Part shown: piece after piece, positions 9,490-17,733 of the stretch | How the letters are laid out: each line of letters begins with the position of its first letter | Numbering within the stretch: the first letter of the stretch is position 1 | IMG/VR virus record: IMGVR_UViG_3300038443_002312 | Span: 1-64,000 of that record | Direction: 5' to 3' (one strand) | From: a virus | DNA length: 64,000 nucleotides | The notes under the pieces: generated by a model | What the model was told of the DNA's origin: nothing | The model's database searches: none | Seen by the model: the letters and a program-made list of their open reading frames with translations, nothing else | Position numbers and translations under genes: made by a program

Positions 9490-10842
9490 TTACTGGAAGT
9501 CCCCGCCGGTCCCGCGGGTCTGGAGGGTGACCGCCCACGACTGGGTCGGGCCGCCGGAGTGCGGGGTCAGGGCCTTGGTCCACCACGGCTTCCCGTCCAT
9601 GCGGATGATGAACCGGAACGCGTACTCGTTCGTGTCGAAGTACAGGTGCATCGACACCGCGGTCGCGATCCCGCCGCGGGTGGCGCACAGGTACTGGGAC
9701 AGGTCGGCGCAGATCAGGTCCCCCTCGGTCCCGAGCGGCTGGCCGAACTCCATCGGGATCATCGGCTTGCCGAACAGGGTCGCGTACTGGGCCCCCGACA
9801 CCCCGCCCGCGGGCAGGAAGGCCGGCCAGAACGACGACCCGCCGACCGTCATGTTGTACAGGGCGGGCTCGATCGACTGGTCGTACAGCCAGACGGCGTT
9901 CGGCCGGCACGACAGGTGGACCCGGGACCACATGTTCATCACGTCGGTCGACGAGATCGTGGCCGTGGTCTCGGCCGCGACCTTCGGGCACGCGATCTTC
10001 GAGGCCGCGTTCATGATCCCGAGCGGGGTCCCGTTCCCCTTCCCGTTGATGATCGCGTTCCCGAGCTGGAACTGGATTTCGGAGGCCGCGATGGTCGTCA
10101 GGAAGACCTCCAGGGCCCCGCCCGAGTCGGCCAGGAGTTCGTCCGTGACCCGCATGAACACCATCAGGCTGTTCAGGGTCAGGTCGACGGTCATCAGCCC
10201 GGGCTTCGTCGACTGGACGCTCTGGGCCTCGCTCCGCCAGTACGAGTTCACCCCGCCGTACCGGGACCCGTCGGCCCGGCTCGTCTCGTTGATCGCCGGG
10301 ATCTTGATCATGTTCCCGCCGAGCGGGAAGATCGTGGTCCGGCTCATGATGTCGTTGTTGTACATGCGCATCAGGATCTGCGCGACGAACTCGGGCGGGA
10401 TCAGGACGCCGCCGTCCGCGGCCGAGAACGACTCGCTCATCCCGAGCGGGGCGTTCGCCTTGACCCGCTGGTCGACCTCCTTGTTCCAGCGGTGCAGGCA
10501 CGTCTTGTAGTGCTCGGTCTCGTCCGGCCCGTACCCCTGGTTCGGCTGGGACGAGAACCGGACGGCCTTCAGGAACTCGCCGAACCCGCGGCGGAACGGC
10601 CCGCGGTCGCCCGCGTGCATCTTCTTGAGCTCGGCCATCGGGGCGCCGAACACGCTCCCGGGCAGGCCGGACGACCCCCACGTCCAGCCGTTCGCGTCCG
10701 GCTGGCCGATCACGGTCCCGGGCAGGTCCTTGACCCGGGCCGCCTCGGCCAGGGCGGTGTCCATCGCGTGGGACTCGCGGGCCGCGCCGGCCAGGGCCCC
10801 GCTCATCTGCGCGATCCGGTTCAGGGTGTTCAGGCTCGACAT
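9490..10842 (-). CDS. Major capsid protein, HK97 family
   Basis: ADGGVLIPPEF..I, VTDELLADS, IINGKGNGTPLGI, TLFGKPM, GDLICADLSQY, AFRFIIRMDG. Confidence 0.92.
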   Translation of the reverse strand: MSSLNTLNRIAQMSGALAGAARESHAMDTALAEAARVKDLPGTVIGQPDANGWTWGSSGLPGSVFGAPMAELKKMHAGDRGPFRRGFGEFLKAVRFSSQPNQGYGPDETEHYKTCLHRWNKEVDQRVKANAPLGMSESFSAADGGVLIPPEFVAQILMRMYNNDIMSRTTIFPLGGNMIKIPAINETSRADGSRYGGVNSYWRSEAQSVQSTKPGLMTVDLTLNSLMVFMRVTDELLADSGGALEVFLTTIAASEIQFQLGNAIINGKGNGTPLGIMNAASKIACPKVAAETTATISSTDVMNMWSRVHLSCRPNAVWLYDQSIEPALYNMTVGGSSFWPAFLPAGGVSGAQYATLFGKPMIPMEFGQPLGTEGDLICADLSQYLCATRGGIATAVSMHLYFDTNEYAFRFIIRMDGKPWWTKALTPHSGGPTQSWAVTLQTRGTGGDFQ

Positions 10843-10905
10843 CGCGGGGTCCTAGTGGCCGGCCCGGGGGCGCGGCGGGGTGGGTGGGGCGGGGGCGGGT
10901 CCGGC

Positions 10906-12480
10906 TCAGCGGAGCGGGAACCCCTGGGTGAGCTTGGAGATCTTCTTCCGCAGGGCGACATTGTCCGCGGTGATCTTCTCGATCGCGGCGGCCTGGTCCT
11001 TCAGGGCCTTCTCGACGTCGTCGTCCTCGACCGGGTGCAGGGAGATCCCGCCGTCCCCGATCATCTCGTTGAGCCGCTTGACCTGTTCCAGGGCGCTCGC
11101 CCGCAGCCCGTCCGGGATCGGGGCCGCGGCCGGGAGCTCGGCCAGGGTCTTGAGGACGGCCGACGCCCCGTGCACCCGCTTGTGGTGGGCCCGGGTCCAG
11201 CCGGTCGTCTTGACCGCCCACATGAGCGCCTTCCCGAGCAGGGTCTTGTACTGCTGTTCTTCCGTGAACCGGCTCTCGTACACGTCGGCCGGGGTGACCG
11301 CGGCCCACGGGGCCGGCTCCCCGTACAGCCGCTGGTACTCGTCGGCCGCCTTGACGCACATCTCGCACTGGGCCTTGACGTACTGGCTGGCGAACTGCTC
11401 GGCCCCGCCCTCGACCGAGGTCATCGACTCGGTGACGGACAGGACGTTGAACAGGGCGACGTCGTGGATCGCCTCCAGCATCTTCTGGCTGGGCTTGCCC
11501 TCGTAGTCGCCCAGCCGCAGCCCGAGCCCCTTGCCGACCGCCTCGTTCCACCACTTCCCGTCCTCGGCCAGGGCCAGGACGTCGGCCGGGATGGCCGCCG
11601 GGGTCGGGGTCGGGGTCGCCGCCGGGGTCGGGGTCGGGGCCGGCGGGGTGGTGTTGGGGGTGGTCACGCCTTTGTCCTGTTCGGTGGTGGCGGCGGGGGT
11701 CGGGGTCGGGTCCGGCGCGGCCGGCAGGGTCGCCCCGGGGGCCCAGGCGGCGCCCGGGTCGGCGTACGGGGCGAGCAGGCTCTTGAGCACCGGCAGGAGC
11801 GGGACCGGGGCCGTCCCGCCGCCGCCCGAGAGCCCCTTGCGGACGACCTCGGTGATCAGGCTGCGGTCGTTCTCCGGGATGAAGACCAGGCTGGCCTCGA
11901 ACGCCTTCGACTTGCGGATGAACGTGGTCGCCGGCCCGTACGGCTCGGCCGGGTCGTCCGGCCGCCGGTCGTAGTCCTTCCAGGCGGCGACGAACCCGAT
12001 CGAGATCCCGTTCAGGACCTTGGACTCGCACAACTGGAACGCCTGGACGGCGAACGGGGCCATCGGCCCGGTCTGGACGAAGTAGCCCGTCCCGAGCAGG
12101 GTCTTGCCGGCCCGGCGGACGGTGAAGGACTTGGTGTTCGGGTCCTGCCACAATCCGAGGGGGACGTCCCGGTGGTGCTGGAAGCACATCATCGGGTTGC
12201 GGCCCCAGCCCGAAGTATCGAGCCCGTCGAGGACGAGGACTTCCTTGGCCCGGTCGGGCTCGCGCTCGTCCGAGATGACCCCGGTCACGCTCATGGTCTT
12301 GCCGTCGACCGTGAACGCGTTCTCGCCCTCCCGGGCCGCCTTCGTGGCGATGGCCAGGGCGACCTCGTCGGCCGCCCGCCCGGCCCCGGGCAGGGGGCGG
12401 AACACCTCGAACGCCGGGTCGGCCAGCGCCCGGGCGGCGACGTCCTGGTACTTGATGATTTCGAGTGCGGCGAGATCCAT
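10906..12480 (-). CDS. HK97-type prohead protease with long C-terminal extension (possible scaffold)
   Basis: DRAKEV..G, NPMMCFQH..PLG (His), LNGISIGF (Ser), FEASLVFIPEN; Pro/Thr linker then a helical/coiled-coil tail. Confidence 0.8.
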   Translation of the reverse strand: MDLAALEIIKYQDVAARALADPAFEVFRPLPGAGRAADEVALAIATKAAREGENAFTVDGKTMSVTGVISDEREPDRAKEVLVLDGLDTSGWGRNPMMCFQHHRDVPLGLWQDPNTKSFTVRRAGKTLLGTGYFVQTGPMAPFAVQAFQLCESKVLNGISIGFVAAWKDYDRRPDDPAEPYGPATTFIRKSKAFEASLVFIPENDRSLITEVVRKGLSGGGGTAPVPLLPVLKSLLAPYADPGAAWAPGATLPAAPDPTPTPAATTEQDKGVTTPNTTPPAPTPTPAATPTPTPAAIPADVLALAEDGKWWNEAVGKGLGLRLGDYEGKPSQKMLEAIHDVALFNVLSVTESMTSVEGGAEQFASQYVKAQCEMCVKAADEYQRLYGEPAPWAAVTPADVYESRFTEEQQYKTLLGKALMWAVKTTGWTRAHHKRVHGASAVLKTLAELPAAAPIPDGLRASALEQVKRLNEMIGDGGISLHPVEDDDVEKALKDQAAAIEKITADNVALRKKISKLTQGFPLR

Positions 12481-12524
12481 TCGGCGGCCCCGGGCTGGCG
12501 GCCGCCAATCGGTTGGCGGCGGCG

Positions 12525-14336
12525 TCAGTGAGCGCCGTTGGCACCGGCCCCGAGTCGCCCGATCCCGCGGTACAGGTCGCGGACGAGGGTCAGATTGGGG
12601 ACGGCGTCCCCGGGGAGGAGTAGGTCGGTCGGGCGGACCGACGGCGGGCCGGCGAGTTGCTTCCGCGGGGCCCGGGACGTGGTCCGGGACCCGGCGGGCC
12701 CGACCCGGCCGGCGGGGCCGGTCCGCGAGGCGGGGCCGGTCCGCTGGGGCTGGTCGGGGCCGGGCGTACCGCCCGGCTGGCGACTGCCGGCCGGGCTCGA
12801 CCCCGGCGGCGGCTTCCCTCCCGGCCCGGAACTGCCAGAGGTGGAAGAAGGATTCGCAGTAGTATCGGGGACCCCCTCGCCGAGGTCAATACCAAGTTTC
12901 TTGGCGAGCACCCCGGCGACGTCGGTCCCGATCAGGAGGTCGCCGATGTCGGCCGGGAGCGGCGGGAGTTTCCGCCGCTTGCGGGCCTCGTTGAACGTCA
13001 CGTACCCGTACCGGCAGTCGAGGTCGTGCTCCCGCTCGGCCTGCTCCTTGTCGTGGATCGGCGGGGTCGGGACGTGGACCTCGATGTCCCCGCCGAACGC
13101 CGGGGCCAGGTCGTGTTCGAGGGCGTCGGCCAGGAGTTGCAGGATCGGGGCGACGGCCTGGTCCATGAAGCTGATCATGGCCGCGTAGTACGCGGCGTAC
13201 GCCCCGGGCTCCTGGAACCCGCACGCGATCGGGGTGACCCCGAAGAGGCCGAGGATGTTGTGCCCGATCGCCGTCCGCCCGTTGGCGTAGTCGAGTTCGC
13301 GGACCGACCGGTCGGCGTCCGCGATCTCGACCCCCTTCGGCAGGCGCATGTGCCGGCCGACGTTGTCCGGGCCGCCGAGCCGGCTGCGGATGATCGCGTC
13401 GAACCGGTCGGACTCCTCCCGGGTGGGCTCCTCGGCCGCGTTCTGCATCTGGAAGATGTACCCCGGGCGGAGGGTGTTCTTGAACCCGGCCCAGGTCGCC
13501 CGGTCCAGCTGGTTGCCGACGTCGATCCACAACTGGCCGGCGTCCATCGGGGAGAGGGCGTCGGTCAGGAAGCACACGTGCGGCCACCGGATCGGCATGA
13601 CCTCCCGGCCGTCCACGACCCCGCCACTGATCATCAGGTTCATCCACGACACGTCGCCGAACGGGTCGGCGTCCGGCCGCATCCCGCCGAACGTCCCGAC
13701 CGGCATGACCCGGTACGCCCCGTTCGGGTACTCGCGGGCGTCCGGCGGGACCGGGAAGGTGATCCCGGTCGGGATGATGTACAACTGCCGCGGCGTCCCC
13801 CGCCGGTCGAACCGGCGGACCCCGTCCCGCCGGACCCACATGAGCGTGGTCCCGGTCGCGCACGACTGCTGCGCGTGCTGGAACAAGAACTGCCCGCGGG
13901 TCATCCACGGGTTCGGCCGGCGGAGCAGGCGGTTGAGGGGGAAGTCCGGCGGGAGCGGGACCGAGTCCCCGCCGTCGTGGTTGGACGCCTGGACCGTCGC
14001 CTTGAAGTGGTCGTAGACCTCGGTCGGGACGAGCCCCTTCCGGTGCGCCTTGTGGGCCCGGTGCAGGATGTCGGCGGCCCGGGCCCCGGTCGCGAAACAG
14101 ATCGGCTGGGCCTTCGCGCACACCCGGGCCACCGCCCGGACGGCCGCGAACGTCCACCCGGTCACCAGGCGGGATTCTACGAAGTGGTTGGACGCCCAGC
14201 CGCCCGGCCCGCCGCCCGCCACGTACAGCGGGAACTGGCTCGGGACGGCCGTGTTGAAGCCCTTTTCGGCGGCCGAAACGGGGGCGGACGGCCCCTCGGG
14301 GCCGTCCCGCGATTGCAACCAGCCTGCGACGTTCAT
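12525..14336 (-). CDS. Phage portal protein
   Basis: LNRLLRRPNPWMT..F, ALSPM, ILGLFGVTP, VTFNEARKRRKLPPLP; sits upstream of protease and capsid. Confidence 0.85.
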   Translation of the reverse strand: MNVAGWLQSRDGPEGPSAPVSAAEKGFNTAVPSQFPLYVAGGGPGGWASNHFVESRLVTGWTFAAVRAVARVCAKAQPICFATGARAADILHRAHKAHRKGLVPTEVYDHFKATVQASNHDGGDSVPLPPDFPLNRLLRRPNPWMTRGQFLFQHAQQSCATGTTLMWVRRDGVRRFDRRGTPRQLYIIPTGITFPVPPDAREYPNGAYRVMPVGTFGGMRPDADPFGDVSWMNLMISGGVVDGREVMPIRWPHVCFLTDALSPMDAGQLWIDVGNQLDRATWAGFKNTLRPGYIFQMQNAAEEPTREESDRFDAIIRSRLGGPDNVGRHMRLPKGVEIADADRSVRELDYANGRTAIGHNILGLFGVTPIACGFQEPGAYAAYYAAMISFMDQAVAPILQLLADALEHDLAPAFGGDIEVHVPTPPIHDKEQAEREHDLDCRYGYVTFNEARKRRKLPPLPADIGDLLIGTDVAGVLAKKLGIDLGEGVPDTTANPSSTSGSSGPGGKPPPGSSPAGSRQPGGTPGPDQPQRTGPASRTGPAGRVGPAGSRTTSRAPRKQLAGPPSVRPTDLLLPGDAVPNLTLVRDLYRGIGRLGAGANGAH

Positions 14337-14344
14337 AGCCGGGG

Positions 14345-14373
14345 ATTATCCCCGCCGCGGGCCGTTTGGTCAA
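14345..14373 (-). promoter_or_regulatory. Sigma70-like promoter for the portal operon (probably leaderless mRNA)
   Basis: TTGACC-N17-GATAAT, 8 nt before the portal ATG. Confidence 0.6.
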
Positions 14374-14417
14374 CCGGACTGGTGTTCCGCGGAACGCCAA
14401 CGGGTTGGCGGGGAACG

Positions 14418-14443
14418 AAAAAACCGGGGCCGGGCCCCGGTTT
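14418..14443 (-). terminator. Rho-independent terminator ending the guide-array transcript
   Basis: Minus strand AAACCGGGGC-CCG-GCCCCGG-TTTTTT. Confidence 0.8.
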
Positions 14444-14457
14444 CTGCTGCATACCCC

Positions 14458-14621
14458 CTCGCCCTCACCCGCACCTCATCCCGTCACCCGCGTACCCTCA
14501 CCCCATACCCCTCACCCGCGAACCGCTGAACCAGTCCCACCTCACCCGCGAACCCGGACGCAGTTCCCCTCACCCGATCGGTGCGCCACCCTCGCCCGCG
14601 TGGCGGTGGACCCCTCACCCG
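14458..14621 (-). CRISPR. Mini-repeat array C (~8 units, repeat ~(CG)CGGGTGAGGG)
   Basis: Plus-strand CCCTCACCCG(CG) variants separated by unique spacers, degenerating toward the terminator; non-canonical CRISPR-like. Confidence 0.6.
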
Positions 14622-14729
14622 GTCGCGAGACGTCGTCGAAAAATCGCGGGCCGGCCTACCCGGGTCGCCCCGGATAATCAGCCGGTTACGGGGCCGACTG
14701 GGACCCCGTGCTGGCCTGAGAGTGGGCCA
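14612..14729 (-). ncRNA. Structured guide-RNA scaffold (tracr/omega-like), copy 1
   Basis: Homologous to 16734-16847 with compensatory base changes in two helices and a GNRA loop; ends in the first repeat of array C. Confidence 0.75.
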
Positions 14730-14761
14730 TTGTGTCTCGCGGAACACCCGTCATCGTCAAC

Positions 14762-15066
14762 GCCTCACCCGCGGGATCATGAGCCCTCGCCCGGCTTCCA
14801 CCCGTCTCACCCGACCGACTTTGCGCCTCTCGCCCGCGGGTCCGGTTATGATCCCCTCGCCCGACCGAACCTCTCACCCCTCACCCGCGGGTCTGAGCCT
14901 GTGACCCCTCGCCCGCGACAGTTCCCGGTTCTTCTGCCCCTCACCCGTCGAACCTCGCCCTCACCCGCGGCCCTTCGCGAACTCCTTCCCCTCGCCCGGA
15001 TGTCCTGGGTCTGGTTCTCCCTCATCCGCGACCCCACCCGCCAGCCCATCCCCGCTCTCACCCGCG
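14762..15066 (-). CRISPR. Mini-repeat array B (~12 units, repeat ~(CG)CGGGYGAGGG)
   Basis: Repeat starts near 14762, 14784, 14804, 14827, 14854, 14878, 14906, 14938, 14958, 14989, 15019, 15055; unique spacers of about 10-24 nt. Confidence 0.65.
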
Positions 15067-15068
15067 AC

Positions 15069-16367
15069 TCACTCCTCCTCGTCGGCGAAGACGACCACAC
15101 ACCCCATCTCCTCCAGCTTGTACCGGAGGCTCTGCCGGAACTGGGTCCAATTCCACGGGTGCCCGGCCAGGCACCCGACCGGCGGCCCGCCGTTGAAACT
15201 GCGGGTCGGCAGGGCGGCCACGCGGACGATCCCGCACCGCCACTGCCGCGCCCGGTCGGCGATCCGCCGGGTCCAGGCGTGGTTCCGGGCCTTCTGCCCC
15301 TCCTCGCGCTGGGCCGTGGCCCGGGCCAGGGTGGCCTGGTTGACCGCCCACCCCTTGCCGAACCCCCACGGCCGCCGCGGGCTCCCGCAGTCGCCGCGCC
15401 GCCGCTCCAGGGCCGCCCGGCGGTTGGCCGCGTAGGCCAGGAAGGCCCGGACGTCGGCCGCCCCGAGCGTGTCGGCCGTCTCCGCCCCGTCCGGCCCGGC
15501 CAGCCCGAAGAGGGGCAGGTCGGCCGACGGGTCGCGCCGGCCCTCCGGGACCAGGTCGGTCGCCCCGTCCCGCGGGGTGACCACGAGGGTCCGGGCCGGG
15601 TCCAGGTCCGCGGCCGACCGCGGTCGCTCGTGCGACACGGTGGCGAACAGCTTGCCGTCGACCTCGGACAGGAAGACCGTGCCGAGCTTCCACCCGTCGG
15701 CCCCGTCCCGCAGGGCCTGCCACACCCGCCACCGCCCGCCGTCGAGGTTCTGGGTCAGTTGGAAGGCGACCTCGCCGATGTCCCGGTCCCAGCGCAGGAC
15801 CAGGGCCCGCTTGTCGAGCCGGGGCTTGGCCGTGGCGACCGGGAGGCCGATCCCGCGGCGGTTGAACTGGGCCAGCCCGCGGGCCCCCTGGAGGACCAGC
15901 CAGCCGCGGGTCGCCTGCGGGAACTCCGGGTCCCGGGCCTGCCACGCGGTCTGGAGGTCCCGGCGGGCGCTGTCGTTGACGAACGCGAGCATGGTCGGCA
16001 ACTGGCGGGCGACCTCGGCCCGCAGTTCGTACACCGGGCCCCGCGGGATCTTGACCTGGTAGACCTCGCCGTCGCCGCGCTTGCGCTCCTCGGGGACCAC
16101 GACCTCCGCCGTCGCCTGCCCGTGGGCCAGGGCGGCCAAGACTTTGGCGTTGTTGTTGCTCGGGGTCACCCGGCACTCGTCCCCGGTCCAGGTGATCTCG
16201 GCCCCGGCCGCCCGGGACTCGGCCATCAGCCCGTAGCAGTGCCGCAGGCACGCCCGGTAGGCCCGGACCGACGCCACCACCCGCTTGCGGTCCTCGGCCC
16301 GGTCGGCCGGCATCGCCAGATCGACCCGGAGCGACCGCTGGACGCCTTTCGCCTCTGCTGCCGCCAT
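15069..16367 (-). CDS. Nuclease-dead, C-terminally truncated TnpB/Cas12f-like RNA-guided DNA-binding protein (432 aa)
   Basis: DGKLFATVSHERP..DLDPARTLVVT (RuvC-I position, no Asp); RNHAWTRRIADRARQWRCGIVRVAALP (RuvC-II, Glu replaced by Ala); WNWTQFRQSLRYKLEEMGCVVVFAD; no Zn finger or RuvC-III. GGAG RBS before ATG 16367. Confidence 0.7.
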   Translation of the reverse strand: MAAAEAKGVQRSLRVDLAMPADRAEDRKRVVASVRAYRACLRHCYGLMAESRAAGAEITWTGDECRVTPSNNNAKVLAALAHGQATAEVVVPEERKRGDGEVYQVKIPRGPVYELRAEVARQLPTMLAFVNDSARRDLQTAWQARDPEFPQATRGWLVLQGARGLAQFNRRGIGLPVATAKPRLDKRALVLRWDRDIGEVAFQLTQNLDGGRWRVWQALRDGADGWKLGTVFLSEVDGKLFATVSHERPRSAADLDPARTLVVTPRDGATDLVPEGRRDPSADLPLFGLAGPDGAETADTLGAADVRAFLAYAANRRAALERRRGDCGSPRRPWGFGKGWAVNQATLARATAQREEGQKARNHAWTRRIADRARQWRCGIVRVAALPTRSFNGGPPVGCLAGHPWNWTQFRQSLRYKLEEMGCVVVFADEEE

Positions 16368-16395
16368 GCCGGAACTCCGTGTGCCCCATGACAAG

Positions 16396-16743
16396 CCGTC
16401 ACCCGCGACCGGTTGCCACCCGCATCCCCTCACCCCGCATCCGCCGCCGGAATAGCCCTTCACCCGCGACCTGCCACAGGTCGGTTCCCGTCACCCGCGG
16501 CATCTCCCGCCGATGTTCCCGTCACCCGCAGTTCAGATTGAGCCATCACCCGCTGGCCCGACTGTTCGTCCCCCGATGCTCACCCGTCACCCGCTGGCGA
16601 CCGCTGGGCACACCCCGTCACCCACTGTTCCGAACCTTGCCGTCACCCGCGGCCGGCCATTCCGGGTTACCATCACCCGAGACACCCGAGAGCCAACCGT
16701 CACCCGCGGGCCGGGCACGCCACCCGGATGGGACCCTCGCCCG
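16396..16743 (-). CRISPR. Mini-repeat array A (~12 units, repeat ~(C)GCGGGTGACGG)
   Basis: Repeat starts near 16396, 16427, 16457, 16488, 16519, 16543, 16584, 16615, 16640, 16670, 16697, 16734; period mostly 24-31 nt; unique spacers. Confidence 0.7.
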
Positions 16744-16847
16744 GTCGCGGTGTCAAAGAAAAGTCGCGGGCCGACCTGCCGGGTTGCCCCGGTAATCAGT
16801 CGGTTAGCCGGCCGACTCGGGCCGGCTGTTGGCCTGAAGGTGGGCCA
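16734..16847 (-). ncRNA. Structured guide-RNA scaffold (tracr/omega-like), copy 2
   Basis: Hairpins GGCC-CACCTTCA-GGCC, AGCCGGCC/GGCCGGCT, CCGAC..CCGGG-GCAA-CCCGG..GTCGG, then anti-repeat CCCGCG; begins at the predicted TSS. Confidence 0.75.
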
Positions 16848-16854
16848 CGAACTA

Positions 16855-16883
16855 AATCTATACACACCGACAGGAGTGGTCAA
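16855..16883 (-). promoter_or_regulatory. Sigma70-like promoter driving scaffold/array/dTnpB unit
   Basis: TTGACC-N17-TAGATT about 7 nt upstream of scaffold copy 2. Confidence 0.7.
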
Positions 16884-17272
16884 GGGGCCGGGGACGATTC
16901 TGCCAGAGTGTTGTCAGGGGTGGCGAGCCAGGCGGCCAGGGTGGCGGCCGACAGGCCGACCGGGTAGACGTCCTCGGGCCGCGCGGCCGGGGCGCGGGAG
17001 ACCTGGAGGGCGTGCCGAACCCCGCGGTCGGACACTTTGGCGTCGGGAACGGAGCGGCCGTTCCCGCCGACGACCCGGGCCGCCCGCTCGCAGAACAGGG
17101 GGTCGAGCCCGGGCTCCGGGCCCGGCCGGTTGTGCGGGGCCTTGCGGGCCCACCGCCGCCAGGCGGCGGCCCGGCGGACGGCCCGCCAGTAGCGGGCACT
17201 GAGTTTCCGGAGCAGGCAGAACGTCGCGTAGTCGACGGGGTGGTAGCCCCAGCGGGACTGGTAGGTGGTCAC
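16880..17272 (-). CDS. Hypothetical protein
   Basis: VTTYQSRWGYHPVDYATFCLLRKL...; GGAG RBS. Confidence 0.55.
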   Translation of the reverse strand: MTTYQSRWGYHPVDYATFCLLRKLSARYWRAVRRAAAWRRWARKAPHNRPGPEPGLDPLFCERAARVVGGNGRSVPDAKVSDRGVRHALQVSRAPAARPEDVYPVGLSAATLAAWLATPDNTLAESSPAP

Positions 17273-17304
17273 TTTTGAGCACTCCCGAGTAGCGGAAACG
17301 AACG

Positions 17305-17343
17305 AAAAAAGCCGCGGGCCCGCCCGGCGACGGGGCCCGCGGC
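17305..17343 (-). terminator. Rho-independent terminator
   Basis: 11-bp stem GCCGCGGGCCC/GGGCCCGCGGC followed by T6 on the minus strand. Confidence 0.8.
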
Positions 17344-17649
17344 CACGGCGGTCAGTTCCCCGCCCCGGTCCTCCTCGCGGAACTCCTCCACGGGCAGGCC
17401 GGCGGCGGTCAGGCGGGCCCGGGCGGCGGCCAGGGCGGCCTCGTCGGGGACGGCGAGCAGGACGAGATGGGGGTGGGGGAGGAAGGCGAGGGGCCGGGAA
17501 CGAACCGCCTCGATGGCGGCGTGGCACGCCTGAACGGCAGGCTGGGCCCCGGGCAGATCGGCGCGGACGAGGACGTACAGGTAGGACGGCCGGCGGGGCT
17601 CAGACGGGCCGGCGCATTCACGTAAACCCGGACATGGGAACCTCCTCAG

Positions 17650-17722
17650 ACCACCCGGTCGGGATCGAACCGACGTGTCACCGATTTGAAGTTCGGTTGC
17701 CGTTCCACTTGGCTACGGGTGG
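17650..17722 (-). tRNA. tRNA-like gene with 8-nt anticodon loop ACUUCAAA (contains UCA)
   Basis: Acceptor CCACCCG/CGGGTGG, D-arm GCC-AAGTGGAAC-GGC, anticodon stem ACCGA/TCGGT, T-arm GTCGG-TTCGATC-CCGAC. Confidence 0.75.
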
Positions 17723-17733
17723 AAGATTAAGGT

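Noticed and set aside
11596-11712. ggggtc tandem repeats
   Set aside because: These encode a Pro-Thr linker within the protease gene; ordinary low-complexity coding sequence.
15069-16367. Active IS200/IS605 or IS607 element
   Set aside because: No tnpA or serine recombinase nearby, catalytic residues are missing, and there are no evident IS ends.
221-16391. Very long plus-strand ORFs (e.g. 221-3553, 9292-12531, 12657-16391) and Arg/Pro/Gly-rich alternative minus frames
   Set aside because: Shadow ORFs caused by very high GC; the opposite or alternative frames encode recognisable proteins.
14458-16743. Interpretation as a canonical CRISPR array, TIGR-Tas array or replication iterons
   Set aside because: Repeats are too short and irregular for canonical CRISPR, and no cas1/cas2 is present. 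There is no alternating dual-repeat pattern or recognisable Nop-domain protein. Unique spacers, scaffold complementarity and the lack of an AT-rich origin argue against iterons.
17650-17722. tRNA-Sec call
   Set aside because: It has a 7-bp acceptor stem and short variable loop, lacking the long variable arm and extended acceptor of tRNA-Sec.
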